Source: an uncultured virus (IMG/VR IMGVR_UViG_3300032038_000020)
Taxonomy: Duplodnaviria > Heunggongvirae > Uroviricota > Caudoviricetes
DNA: 60,517 nucleotides
Virus record (IMG/VR): IMGVR_UViG_3300032038_000020
Location: 62,001-122,517 of that record
Strand: one strand, 5' to 3'
Position numbers and translations under genes: made by a program. Positions 19,952 through 29,587 of this stretch are shown here, one piece after another; the stretch's first letter is position 1, and every line of letters begins with the position of its first letter. The notes beneath the pieces were generated by a model that ran no database searches, was not told the DNA's origin, and was given only the letters and a program-made list of their open reading frames with translations.

Positions 19952-21316
19952 ATGGGAACAACAAGAATGGGAATTATCGTTAGGGATACTAAGAAGCCCT
20001 TTCCATTCGATAAGGAAAAGATCGAGAAAGTTAACAAGACAGAAGAAGGTTACTCTATTCTCGTACATGGAGGAGTAAACCACTTCGATGACAGAGCTTG
20101 TGTTGCTCTGTTCAGACTGATCATGGCTGGATATTCCACCAGTTATGTAAGAAACACAATCCCTGCTGTTGAAGGTGATGAACCTGCATGGGAGCATGAA
20201 GTTACGATTTCAGAAAAGACACATGACAACAACGAAAATATTACAGTTGAAAGACAGACTAAGTACTCACTCATCTGCGACATCGGTCGTAAGTATGATC
20301 CTGAAAAGGGATATTTCGATCATCACCAGGAGCTTGACGAAGCACATAAGAACTATGCAGCTTTTGGTCTTCTCTGGGAATACTATACTACGCCAGAGAT
20401 GAGAGAATACTACAAGGAGTTTGACAGATTCGTTCATCAGATGGATGATCATGACATGGGAGTTAAGAAGTCTCCTGTATGCGACTTCTTCAGAAACTTC
20501 AATGCGTTCTCATCAACCAGTGGTTATTATGATAATGATGAGATACTTTTTGAAGAGAGCGTTAACATACTCACCTTTGTATTCAGACGTATGCTGATCA
20601 ATTGTCACATCAGCAGAGTAGCAGAAAAGGAAGCTGCTATAGCATCAGAGATAAAGACAGTAAAGCTGGAGAATGGTAAAGAAGTAAAGATCTGTATGCT
20701 CAAACACTTCTTCCCTGCTGGTGAATCATATGCTGCATCAATGGGTTGCGAATTGGTAGCATGGAAACTTGCAGAGGACGATGATCGCAATCCTAACTGC
20801 TATCATGTAATTTGTGTACGTCCCGACAGAAGCACTTACTCTACACCAGTTCGTTTCCCTGCTGACTGGGCAGAGAAGAAGAGTGCACCTGAATGGGTAA
20901 AGTTCTGCCACAAGACAGGATTCCTTGCAGTGGTAGATACTTATGAGCATGCTGTGGAGTGCTTACATCATGTAGTACTCAATGAGAAGGCTGCTGATAA
21001 GGTTCTCAATATCAAGCTCATATGCTCAGACGACATCAAACTCGAGGATATGTATAACCAGTACATGTCAGAGTTCGGAGTTATGGGTGACTATGGCGAA
21101 GGAAATATCTCCATAGATCGTTTCCCTGAAGCAGACAATATGGGTATCTACAGCGATGTGAGAGAACTTGGTCTCACTTTAGATCTGAAGAAGGCTATAG
21201 CTCCTAATCAGCTTGTTAGTATGATGGGAAGAGTATTCTCCGATCAGTGTTGCGAAGATCTCTATGACTATCACGATGAGATACTCGAAAAGCCTGCAGG
21301 AAACTTTGGCTTATAA
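19952..21316 (+). CDS. MYG1-family (DHH-like) 3'-5' exonuclease
   Basis: VHGGVNHFDD, CDIGRKYDP...FDHHQ, AAFGLLW, FCHKTGF. Confidence 0.85.
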   Translation: MGTTRMGIIVRDTKKPFPFDKEKIEKVNKTEEGYSILVHGGVNHFDDRACVALFRLIMAGYSTSYVRNTIPAVEGDEPAWEHEVTISEKTHDNNENITVERQTKYSLICDIGRKYDPEKGYFDHHQELDEAHKNYAAFGLLWEYYTTPEMREYYKEFDRFVHQMDDHDMGVKKSPVCDFFRNFNAFSSTSGYYDNDEILFEESVNILTFVFRRMLINCHISRVAEKEAAIASEIKTVKLENGKEVKICMLKHFFPAGESYAASMGCELVAWKLAEDDDRNPNCYHVICVRPDRSTYSTPVRFPADWAEKKSAPEWVKFCHKTGFLAVVDTYEHAVECLHHVVLNEKAADKVLNIKLICSDDIKLEDMYNQYMSEFGVMGDYGEGNISIDRFPEADNMGIYSDVRELGLTLDLKKAIAPNQLVSMMGRVFSDQCCEDLYDYHDEILEKPAGNFGL

Positions 21317-21329
21317 TACATCAGCAAGA

Positions 21330-21366
21330 AGGAACGGTGGGAATCATCCCACCGTTTCTTTTTTTG
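21330..21366. terminator. terminator between convergent genes
   Basis: AACGGTGGGA-ATCA-TCCCACCGTT plus T run. Confidence 0.8.
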
Positions 21367-22179
21367 TTAATCCCACGGAGAACGGAACAATGGTACATAT
21401 ACAGGTTGCTGTGCAGGCGCTTGTGAAGGTATACCAGCATAGTTATCGTTACCATCTCTTAAAAACGACAGACGCTGTTTAAGCAGTTCCCGAGTAGCCC
21501 CAAGCTGGTCGACTTGAGAGTTGTCTCCCATATCGATAGCAATGTATTTCTTTTCAAGTATCTGCATGTAGTCATTGTATATCTGATCTTGTGCAAGCTT
21601 CTCAATCATTTTCAGTTTGTCGAGAAGTTCAGTATCGATATAGTCATGATATTGCTGAACGAATGCATTGTAATATCCGTATACCCTGTTCGCAGGAACA
21701 TAGATATACTGATTATGAACAAGCTCATGAACAGTCTCTGATAATGGGATAAGTCCTACCATTAAGCAGTAGTGTACATAGAGTACTTCATATGCTACTG
21801 CTTCTATAGTAAGAAGCTCTCCAAGAGCCATTCTCTTTCTGATGATTATACTACAGATCTCATAGAGTGTCATAGGAGAGTGGTGAATCTCTATCCTTAT
21901 CTTAGGAGTAAACTCGTTCGATACGTTAGGCAGAAATGCACAGTTTCTCATATCCATATACTCCCTGAGATACTGTACCATGTTCTTGTATTCGAGTGAT
22001 TGTCTGACAAATCTCTCGAGATCTTTTATGTATTTAGTCATATCCTTCTCATCAAACATATCGTAGTCTTGAACACCGTACTCGGGTATGTCGTTCGGAA
22101 TTGCAATTATATCGATATCGTTAGGAGTGAAGGTATCAAGAGGATTAGTAGTATCCACTTCTTTGTTATTGTAATCCAT
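21367..22179 (-). CDS. hypothetical protein, degenerate HNH-like
   Basis: CAF...IEIHH...LIPLSETVHELVH; start 22179 after GAAAGGAGG. Confidence 0.5.
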   Translation of the reverse strand: MDYNNKEVDTTNPLDTFTPNDIDIIAIPNDIPEYGVQDYDMFDEKDMTKYIKDLERFVRQSLEYKNMVQYLREYMDMRNCAFLPNVSNEFTPKIRIEIHHSPMTLYEICSIIIRKRMALGELLTIEAVAYEVLYVHYCLMVGLIPLSETVHELVHNQYIYVPANRVYGYYNAFVQQYHDYIDTELLDKLKMIEKLAQDQIYNDYMQILEKKYIAIDMGDNSQVDQLGATRELLKQRLSFLRDGNDNYAGIPSQAPAQQPVYVPLFRSPWD

Positions 22180-22262
22180 ACAAATGCCTCCTTTCAGGTA
22201 TTTATCATGATGTTTCGACAAAAAAAAGAAACCTGGGCAGTACGCTCAGGTTCCTCTTAAAA

Positions 22263-22586
22263 CTACTGGATGTTCCAATACCCTTCGAAGAAGTGCACTG
22301 TTACAGAGGGATAGTCTCCCCACTTTTCAAACATCCGATATCCACCCCATGCTGGAACGGCGAACTTGTAGACGCCATCGACACATACCAACAGATACCC
22401 GTCGAAGTTCTTCACCATTTCCCTAATAATCCATCCTGGGAAAGTGGCAGTGCTGTCTGTTGTTCTTATATGCGGTGCTGACTTGATCAGCTTCTCACCG
22501 AATATAAGCTTTATGCTTTCCACGCTCTTATAATCGGAAAGCTTGAATCTGGTCACCTTTACACGGTCTTTTGTTCTACTAGTCAT
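22263..22586 (-). CDS. hypothetical protein
   Basis: ATG 22586 after AAAGGAG. Confidence 0.7.
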   Translation of the reverse strand: MTSRTKDRVKVTRFKLSDYKSVESIKLIFGEKLIKSAPHIRTTDSTATFPGWIIREMVKNFDGYLLVCVDGVYKFAVPAWGGYRMFEKWGDYPSVTVHFFEGYWNIQ

Positions 22587-22700
22587 AATTGACAACTCCT
22601 TTTCATTTAGTATGAGAATGTGATTATCACACTCTACACATCTATAGTATATAACGGAGACAAAGATTCCGAGATCCACTAGGGATCTCGGAGTTTCTTT

Positions 22701-23579
22701 TTACTTACTGCACCAATCCATGATAGCATTCTGTACATACTGCTCAAGGTTAACAATAACCTTCTTACCATCTGTAGTGGTCAGAGCAACTCTCTTACCA
22801 CCATCAACGATAATAGCAGATTCATACAGAGTTTCGAATGTATCAACGATGAACTTAACGTTAGCAGACTCTTCCTTGATGAAGTCGCATACCTGCTGGT
22901 TCATGATAGGAGTGAGTATACCATCTGTAGCAGCTGATTCTGTAATCATAGCTCTTCTGTGAAGTTCGTTGTCTGCCAGAGGTTTTCCGTCTACTCCTAC
23001 TATAGCAGACTCTTTGATAACCTTGTTCTTATCCTTAGGATCGATAAGATGACTCATGTAAGCTCTCTTATGAGATGGGAAGATAACGTGGTCCCAAGTG
23101 ATGATTCTGATGTTTCTTACATAGCATCTACCATCCTTAGAACGATCTACACTACCCAATGCTCTAAGAGAGAAAGCAGGCTTGCAGCCGTCGATAAGGT
23201 CTTGGTTAAACATAGCACCAAGCTCATTGTTTGTTCCGTGGAAGTTAGCATGGATATCCTTACCATCTCTCCATACCTTATCGAACTGTACACAGACAAG
23301 CTTAGGATCGATTACACTCTGTATAGAGAGTTCATTGCTGGAAGGATGTCCTGCATGTCCTCTGAGATAGCCTGCCTTAATAAGCTCCTGCATTCTGTCG
23401 CCGTTAAGTTCGGGATCCATCTCTTTGACTTCGTAGATACGTCCATTTCTGTTTTCTATCTCAAGATCCTGTACTATGCCAGTAGCATAGACTCTGCCAC
23501 CTTCTTGCGAAATGACAACAGAATCTGATTCAGTGACTGATTCGTTGATAATCATACCAACGCATACATCTTTGTTCAT
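22701..23579 (-). CDS. prohead core protease (T4 gp21-like)
   Basis: NRNGRIYE, GHAGHP, FSLRALGS, ITWDHVIFPSH. Confidence 0.88.
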   Translation of the reverse strand: MNKDVCVGMIINESVTESDSVVISQEGGRVYATGIVQDLEIENRNGRIYEVKEMDPELNGDRMQELIKAGYLRGHAGHPSSNELSIQSVIDPKLVCVQFDKVWRDGKDIHANFHGTNNELGAMFNQDLIDGCKPAFSLRALGSVDRSKDGRCYVRNIRIITWDHVIFPSHKRAYMSHLIDPKDKNKVIKESAIVGVDGKPLADNELHRRAMITESAATDGILTPIMNQQVCDFIKEESANVKFIVDTFETLYESAIIVDGGKRVALTTTDGKKVIVNLEQYVQNAIMDWCSK

Positions 23580-23746
23580 AATAGGGATTACCTCCTTTGA
23601 GTGATATTGTTACTAAGATGTTTAAGAAGAACCCCTCATATGTGTTTTATATCAACATCTATAAACTGACCCGTTTGGGAGGATTATAGAATACAGTTTT
23701 AAAAAAGCAGAACATATTAGTAATCTCCTTGAAAGGAGTTGGTGAC

Positions 23747-23944
23747 TTGAACAAGTCAAAGACACATTACGAGAAGGGAAGTTTCTTAGATCATCTCGCT
23801 TCAATGACACCAAACGAGATCAATGACTTCCTTAGGACTAATGGTAAAAGTAAACCAGTCAACCCATTTATAAGAATCGATCCTAGAGATAGGTTCGATC
23901 AAACTACATCCAAACAGGAGGACAAAGACTATGGCAACCAATAA
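23747..23944 (+). CDS. small hypothetical protein
   Basis: TTG after GAAAGGAG; overlaps next gene. Confidence 0.6.
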   Translation: MNKSKTHYEKGSFLDHLASMTPNEINDFLRTNGKSKPVNPFIRIDPRDRFDQTTSKQEDKDYGNQ

Positions 23945-24503
23945 GAATGCTACAGCTAACACAGAAGAGATGGGAGTAACAGCTCTCGTCAATGACATCA
24001 AGACTCATCTCACTCAGAAGAGTGCTTCTACAAGAGATGAAGTAAGAGTAATGAAAGCAATGCTCAATGACAGAAACTTCCAGTATTCCGAATACTCTAA
24101 CAGCGGCGTTACACAGCACTGCCCTGCAACAGAGTTCAGAGGAATGATGGCAAATATCGTATCATCAACAACTCACATGCCCAAGGCTGAGGCTGAAACA
24201 CTCGTTAACTCCTATGAGGCTAAGAAGAGCGATGCTGAAACAATGGTAAAGCTCTCCAAGGACTTCCTCAATACAGCGCTCAGAACTGGCAGAAGCGTAA
24301 ATCTCGGCGGTACAGAGAAGAGCAATATCTCTATTCAGCTCAAGGACGTTGAAATGACAACAAAGAGATATCCTAAGAAGGTCGGCGTTAACCCTGACGG
24401 TTCTACACGTTACGAAAACGCTGAGTCTACAGTACCTGCTCATGAAGGACTTAAGGTTAAGTCACCTTGCCCTGATTGGGTATCAGACAAGAAGAAGAAG
24501 TAA
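23931..24503 (+). CDS. HU/IHF-like DNA-binding protein (putative)
   Basis: Basic protein; helix-FLNTALRTGRSVNLGG-beta arm-PAHEGLKVK pattern resembles the HU fold. Confidence 0.5.
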   Translation: MATNKNATANTEEMGVTALVNDIKTHLTQKSASTRDEVRVMKAMLNDRNFQYSEYSNSGVTQHCPATEFRGMMANIVSSTTHMPKAEAETLVNSYEAKKSDAETMVKLSKDFLNTALRTGRSVNLGGTEKSNISIQLKDVEMTTKRYPKKVGVNPDGSTRYENAESTVPAHEGLKVKSPCPDWVSDKKKK

Positions 24504-24550
24504 TCTCTCCGAGATTACTCTTCATATAAATCATTCATCCATACTTATAC

Positions 24551-24650
24551 CAAGTGCGAGACGAATCAGCTGATAAGCAACACTAAACCTAGTCCAGGTA
24601 GGACAGTAGTAATATGAGAGTAGTACGCGAATCAGCCCCGTCTCACATTG
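24551..24650. ncRNA. candidate ~100-nt rod-shaped RNA
   Basis: Nested inverted repeats GAGACG/CGTCTC, GCTGAT/ATCAGC, ACTA/TAGT, GTCC/GGAC in a 380-bp intergenic gap. Confidence 0.45.
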
Positions 24651-24844
24651 ACTAGCATCTCAATACCTATAGTTAAAAGCTCTCACTCAATTCACAATAT
24701 GCAATATAACCTAGCCTTTATATAACATACTAGCTTCCAGCCTATTGGATTAAGTAGGCGATCACTACCACTATACAGCTCTAACACTGTAAAGGATATC
24801 CTTAATTAACAATTCTAGCTAAAGAACTAAACCCCATGATTTAG

Positions 24845-24877
24845 CCCACTGGGTGTTCCCCAGTGGGCATCTTTTTT
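24845..24877 (+). terminator. intrinsic terminator
   Basis: GCCCACTGGG-TGTTC-CCCAGTGGGC plus T run. Confidence 0.8.
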
Positions 24878-24882
24878 GTCTC

Positions 24883-25704
24883 TTAGATGTAATCGTTTGT
24901 TACAACTGCAGATTCATCTACGTTCTTCATACGTCTCTTCATCAGGAAGTTGTATTCCTTGTTGAAGGTAGCAAGCCACTCATCGAGTTTGCTCTGAACG
25001 TGTGACTTGTCTGAAGCATCTCTTGCTTCCTTAGTTACATCAATGAGCTTTCTGAGAGTCTCACTGACTGCTGTACAAGCTGTCTCATAGTCGTAAGTCT
25101 TCTCAGTCTCTACGCCCATCTCAGGAACGTACTTAGCAGCATTACAGAAGTTATCAAGCTCACAAGCTTCGTCCTCAAGAGCAAGCTCTGCTGCAACGTC
25201 GATGAGATACCAACACTTACCGACAAGGTTGTCTGTCATAGAGTGTATAGTATCGAACTTCTTACCTGCACACATGAGGTGTACGTGTTCGAAGTTGTTA
25301 GTTGCAACGACGATTGCATATGCGAGCTTAGCGAGAAGTCCTGACTCCTGTCCACAGCCACAGCATTCTCCTGAATCTGATGAAGAATCATCGTCGCCGA
25401 GATAATCGTTAGAACTATAATCGTCCTCATCAGAATCACTCCAATCGGAGTCATCCTCCGACGAATCTTCTTCGTCACCAAGGTAATCATTACCCGATGA
25501 ATCGCTATCATCATCAGAAGAAGAATCATCGTCATCTTCATCTGAATCTATATCATCGAGATAGTCATTTCCGTCGCTAGAAGAATCATCGTCGTCATCA
25601 TCCTTCTTATCTTCGTCTTTCTCGTCATCGAGCTCTTCGTCTTCGTCGTCCTTCTTCTTCTTCTTGAGCTCCTCGTCGTCTTCTAATAAGAACATGTTAG
25701 CCAT
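24883..25704 (-). CDS. Dps/ferritin-like protein with long acidic N-terminus
   Basis: HVHLMCAGKKFDTIH...IDVAAE matches the Dps HxxHW.v.G..F..lH...D.iAE pattern; ~110 aa D/E/S tract. Confidence 0.7.
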   Translation of the reverse strand: MANMFLLEDDEELKKKKKDDEDEELDDEKDEDKKDDDDDDSSSDGNDYLDDIDSDEDDDDSSSDDDSDSSGNDYLGDEEDSSEDDSDWSDSDEDDYSSNDYLGDDDSSSDSGECCGCGQESGLLAKLAYAIVVATNNFEHVHLMCAGKKFDTIHSMTDNLVGKCWYLIDVAAELALEDEACELDNFCNAAKYVPEMGVETEKTYDYETACTAVSETLRKLIDVTKEARDASDKSHVQSKLDEWLATFNKEYNFLMKRRMKNVDESAVVTNDYI

Positions 25705-25743
25705 AACGTGTTCCTCCTTTCAGTAGTTTATTATAAGGTTGAT

Positions 25744-27057
25744 TTACTTGATCTTGGTGTTCTTAATATAGGTCTGCTGGACATCCTTCTCAGTGTCGAA
25801 GATTCTGTTCTTAATAAGATACTTGAGATCTCCTCCGCCAGCATAATACATGAACGACCTCATGTAGTTCTCTACTACTCTAGGGTCATCGATGTCTTTA
25901 CCTTCTTCGAAGATATCATCGATCGTCTTTTCCGTTCGCTTGATATCATTGTCAAGCTGTTTCTTAAGCTTGGGAGAGATACCAGGTCTGTTCATCTCTG
26001 TCTTAAGACCATCAATGACACTTTTGAATCTTGCTTGTGTAGCTGGGTGCTCGTCAGTGATATCAAGCAGAAACTTAAGAGGCAGAAGAATGAGTTCTTG
26101 TGAGTGCGAGTATATAGGAACTTCCATAAAACGAGCCCTAATACCAGCACCCTTTCTCTGATCTCCAAACTTATCGAGAGCAGATATGAGGTCCTTACCA
26201 AAGCCGTAGTAGCTAGCGAATCTATCAGCCATGATCTCACCATAATAAGCATGACGTCTTGAGAATGGTGCCCATATCAATGTACTGATAGCACTCATAA
26301 GATTACGTCCCATAGCATATATAACAGCTATAGGAGGGATAAACAGCATAGTCAGATCAGAAGCAATATCGATAGAGTTCTTGATCGTACCGAATATAGT
26401 ATTTGCTGTAGAGATGATACTGTTCCTCTGTCCTATATTCATTTCGTTATACAACTTCGATATTGACCCTAAAGTCTTATCGTTTAAGAATGGGAGCAGG
26501 AGAGATTTCATGTTACCCATAGCAAGCTGAAGGACACTTAAGAGAAGATCATTCATATTGGCACACTGTCCTATGGTGTGCATTCTATCAGATATGACAT
26601 CTTGGAAGTTATGGCCTATCTCATGAAGCATGATAGCAAAGACTTCTCTGTTTGTATAATCGGAGTTGAAGAACAGACCGCCAAAGATACAAGTAATCAT
26701 GGATACTTTACATTCTTTCTTGAATCTGTAGCCGTCTTTTCCGAACTCTACTCTTTCAGTTCCCTTTAGCTTACTGTTGAAGTTGAAGAATGCTGGGAAG
26801 GTGAAAGCGTTTATAGTGTCACTATTTATTATGACTATAGAGTATGAATAGAGACCGAACTCCCTTTCTATCTCTGCTACGAACTTACCTAACAGAGGGT
26901 CTCGTTCGGCAGCACCATTCATCATATAGACCTTTCTATCCATAAGATACTTACTTCTCCACGCAGAGAAGGCATTGAAACATCTCATGATACCAGGGGT
27001 TTCGCCAAAGTACACCTCATTCAGTACTTGGTCTTTCTGTATTGAATATATACCCAT
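25744..27057 (-). CDS. zinc metallopeptidase (M48-like), probably virion-associated
   Basis: LHEIGH, EIMADRFA...GFG..L.SALDK, DEHP...RF. Confidence 0.78.
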   Translation of the reverse strand: MGIYSIQKDQVLNEVYFGETPGIMRCFNAFSAWRSKYLMDRKVYMMNGAAERDPLLGKFVAEIEREFGLYSYSIVIINSDTINAFTFPAFFNFNSKLKGTERVEFGKDGYRFKKECKVSMITCIFGGLFFNSDYTNREVFAIMLHEIGHNFQDVISDRMHTIGQCANMNDLLLSVLQLAMGNMKSLLLPFLNDKTLGSISKLYNEMNIGQRNSIISTANTIFGTIKNSIDIASDLTMLFIPPIAVIYAMGRNLMSAISTLIWAPFSRRHAYYGEIMADRFASYYGFGKDLISALDKFGDQRKGAGIRARFMEVPIYSHSQELILLPLKFLLDITDEHPATQARFKSVIDGLKTEMNRPGISPKLKKQLDNDIKRTEKTIDDIFEEGKDIDDPRVVENYMRSFMYYAGGGDLKYLIKNRIFDTEKDVQQTYIKNTKIK

Positions 27058-27068
27058 CAGTGTTCACC

Positions 27069-28253
27069 TCACTTGTTTGCAGAGTTTATAATCAGAGCGA
27101 AGTATGTAAGGATTGCTCTGTTGTACGAGAGTTGCGTAGCTTTACGACTCTTACGTCTAGAGTATGCAGTAGAGTTACCCATAAGCAACTCCTCTACAAC
27201 TTCACCTTGACGAAGAATGTCTTTGTTCTTAGTATTCGGTTTAGCCTTGATGGAGAATGTAATGAAGTCGATATCTCTTACATCCTTAGTACTACTACTC
27301 TGGAAGTATGTAGATACCATGAGATAAAGAAGTTCTCTCATCAGATCGAGGTTGTCAGTATTCTTTACGATACTCTCAATGATAGAACGTATCTCATCAG
27401 TCTTAACGTTCTCGTCACTACACATCTTACATAGACGATAGTCTACATCATGGGAAGTAATGTAGGTAAGTGTTCTGTTGACAGCAGTATCTATCTTAGT
27501 AGAGTCATTCTGAGTGAGACGGAAGTTATCCTGACTCATATCATCGGATTCGTAAGTAAGATACTCTTTATCATTATAGCACTTATAGTAGACTTCAGCA
27601 GTGTTCTTGATGAAGGACTTGATACGAACGTGGAGCTGTTGTATGATGTAGACATAATCTTCGTCATCAGTCACTCCAGTGAATCTATCCTTATAGGTAT
27701 CAATCCATGTCTGAGTGGTGTTCTTCATAACACCGATAACGTTTCCTTCCGTTTTCAGAAGGAACTTGTCAGAGAGTTCATTGTTTACCACATAGTCACA
27801 CACGAATCTATAGTCTGCAGGGACAGCCTTAGGATATTGAGCATAGTGTATAGAGGGATAGAACTTACCTGTGAAGCAAGTGTAGATCATAGCAAGCTCA
27901 AGGTTCTTCTGGTCCTTCTTAGAGTAGAAGTACTTGATCATACACATACACAATACAGTGACTGGGTCCTTAGCTGCTCTTGGATTGAAGTTGGTAATCT
28001 TACCGTAATAGGTTTCATTGATGAATCCTTGTATCTCGTTAGCCTTAACGCCAAGAGCAGAACAGAGCATGTCGGTATCCTGTTGTCCATAAAGCATACG
28101 TGTAGCTGGGAAAGTATCATATAATCCCTTAGAACGTGTCTGCATAAAGTGAGACATAAGAGACTTAAACTTAGTAAGCGACTTAGAAAGAGAGTTCTTA
28201 ACCAAGGGATAGATCTTAGTGTCTATAACCTTAGTGATTTGATTGTTAGCCAT
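27069..28253 (-). CDS. hypothetical protein (late gene)
   Basis: 394 aa, AAGGAGG RBS, AACA-N6-TA motif upstream. Confidence 0.8.
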   Translation of the reverse strand: MANNQITKVIDTKIYPLVKNSLSKSLTKFKSLMSHFMQTRSKGLYDTFPATRMLYGQQDTDMLCSALGVKANEIQGFINETYYGKITNFNPRAAKDPVTVLCMCMIKYFYSKKDQKNLELAMIYTCFTGKFYPSIHYAQYPKAVPADYRFVCDYVVNNELSDKFLLKTEGNVIGVMKNTTQTWIDTYKDRFTGVTDDEDYVYIIQQLHVRIKSFIKNTAEVYYKCYNDKEYLTYESDDMSQDNFRLTQNDSTKIDTAVNRTLTYITSHDVDYRLCKMCSDENVKTDEIRSIIESIVKNTDNLDLMRELLYLMVSTYFQSSSTKDVRDIDFITFSIKAKPNTKNKDILRQGEVVEELLMGNSTAYSRRKSRKATQLSYNRAILTYFALIINSANK

Positions 28254-28412
28254 TGTTGCACCTCCTTATGTATGATTATAGTGATGTTTTCGACAAAAAA
28301 GAAACCCCGTAGGGGTTCCTCTTTCCTTTGATAAGCTAGTGTGGTCTAGCCGTTTGTGCAACCGATATTATAATCCTCCGTCGGTTAAGCGGTCTTTGAT
28401 GTGCACTTTACT

Positions 28413-29309
28413 TTACTTTATATTCCTTCTGGACGGGCGACGACAATGGCTCTCCTTTGGGATGAAGGTTAACTCGTCCTCTTCGAGTACTTCATTCGAA
28501 TGGAGATTACTAATCTCTATTCCATACTTCTTCAGCCACTTCTTTGAAGTATTATAGCCGAAGTCGTACTCTGACGAATCGTCTCCTACAGATACAGCTA
28601 AGAGAATTTCCAGTATATCTCCTATATACATCTGGAAATCTCCTACTTTCTGATACATACTTATATGCAGAGCAGCTGCTCTGTGCATGAATACGTATCG
28701 ATCTCCTCTTCTTTTGTAGAGATCTAACGACACATCTCTACATCCACTGTATCCTGTACGAACAGTAGTTTTGTATGGGTGTACTCGATCACATCTATTG
28801 TATCTATGCAGACTAGCTGTTTTGCTAGCTACATATTCTACAATTGTTCCCACTTGTGCAATTGTAGGGTCCGCACCTTTTAATTTTGTAAATTTAAGGT
28901 CATGATCGACCAGTTCTACAAGACATCTGCCTTTGGATGGGTTTCCATCCCAGTCCCATGAAGTATAATTGAAGCAGTATTTTGATTTTGTTTTTGCTGT
29001 TGTAGTTGTAGTGGTTTCCCTGTATGGTTTTGTCGGCCATCTCTGGCCTGAGACTCTGTCGAGGATATCCTCTCTGAGCTCCTCTGATGCTCGAAAACCA
29101 TCATCATTCAGTTCTGATATGGTTTCCATCCATGTGTCATCGTCTACCGCATATGAAATTCTTTCATACATATGAAAGTATAAATCGTAATACAAGTCGT
29201 GCCAAGTTAAGTTAAGATAGCTGTATGTATGTTCTAATGCGGCTATGAGAGCTATTACGATATTCTTTGTGCTGTATCCGTTTCTGTAGAGATTGAGATT
29301 AATGTTCAT
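28413..29309 (-). CDS. hypothetical protein
   Basis: 298 aa ORF; no Shine-Dalgarno; preceded by a structured leader. Confidence 0.7.
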   Translation of the reverse strand: MNINLNLYRNGYSTKNIVIALIAALEHTYSYLNLTWHDLYYDLYFHMYERISYAVDDDTWMETISELNDDGFRASEELREDILDRVSGQRWPTKPYRETTTTTTAKTKSKYCFNYTSWDWDGNPSKGRCLVELVDHDLKFTKLKGADPTIAQVGTIVEYVASKTASLHRYNRCDRVHPYKTTVRTGYSGCRDVSLDLYKRRGDRYVFMHRAAALHISMYQKVGDFQMYIGDILEILLAVSVGDDSSEYDFGYNTSKKWLKKYGIEISNLHSNEVLEEDELTFIPKESHCRRPSRRNIK

Positions 29310-29515
29310 AGTATTTGCTCAGTAGGTGCTACACGGTTGACCGACCGTCGTGCTGAGCGAATGTAGTCTCCATCTGAGACATCCTATCATAAAGGATACA
29401 CCTTTTGTTACTGGATGTAGAGGTCTGTCTTTCTCCTTAGCAGACCTTAAGATTTTTACACCCAGTGTAAGTTGGTTTAAATCTATTGGGCTTATGCCCT
29501 TAACCACTTACACTA
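29310..29515 (-). promoter_or_regulatory. ~200-nt highly structured 5' leader with potential pseudoknot
   Basis: Stems AGUGUAAG/CUUACACU, ACUGGGUGUA/UACAUCCAGU, AGGUCUG/CAGACCU, AGGUG/CACCU, AUCCU/AGGAU, GUCUC/GAGAC, ACGGU/ACCGU, GCUCAG/CUGAGC. Confidence 0.55.
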
Positions 29516-29587
29516 TTAGAATATATAGTCGAATCGTCTTACTTTAACAATCCTATAATACACACTCTATAAGGAGGAACATAGACT

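Noticed and set aside
24551..24650. Small SRP (4.5S) RNA
   Set aside because: Size and rod shape fit, but the CAGG-GNRA-AGCA helix-8 motif is not properly formed
24650..24840. Mini CRISPR array
   Set aside because: Repeated unit is only 5-10 bp with irregular spacing
27069..28253. Chimallin (nuclear shell) candidate
   Set aside because: No recognisable similarity by eye, and it is under a late-type promoter; needs a structure search
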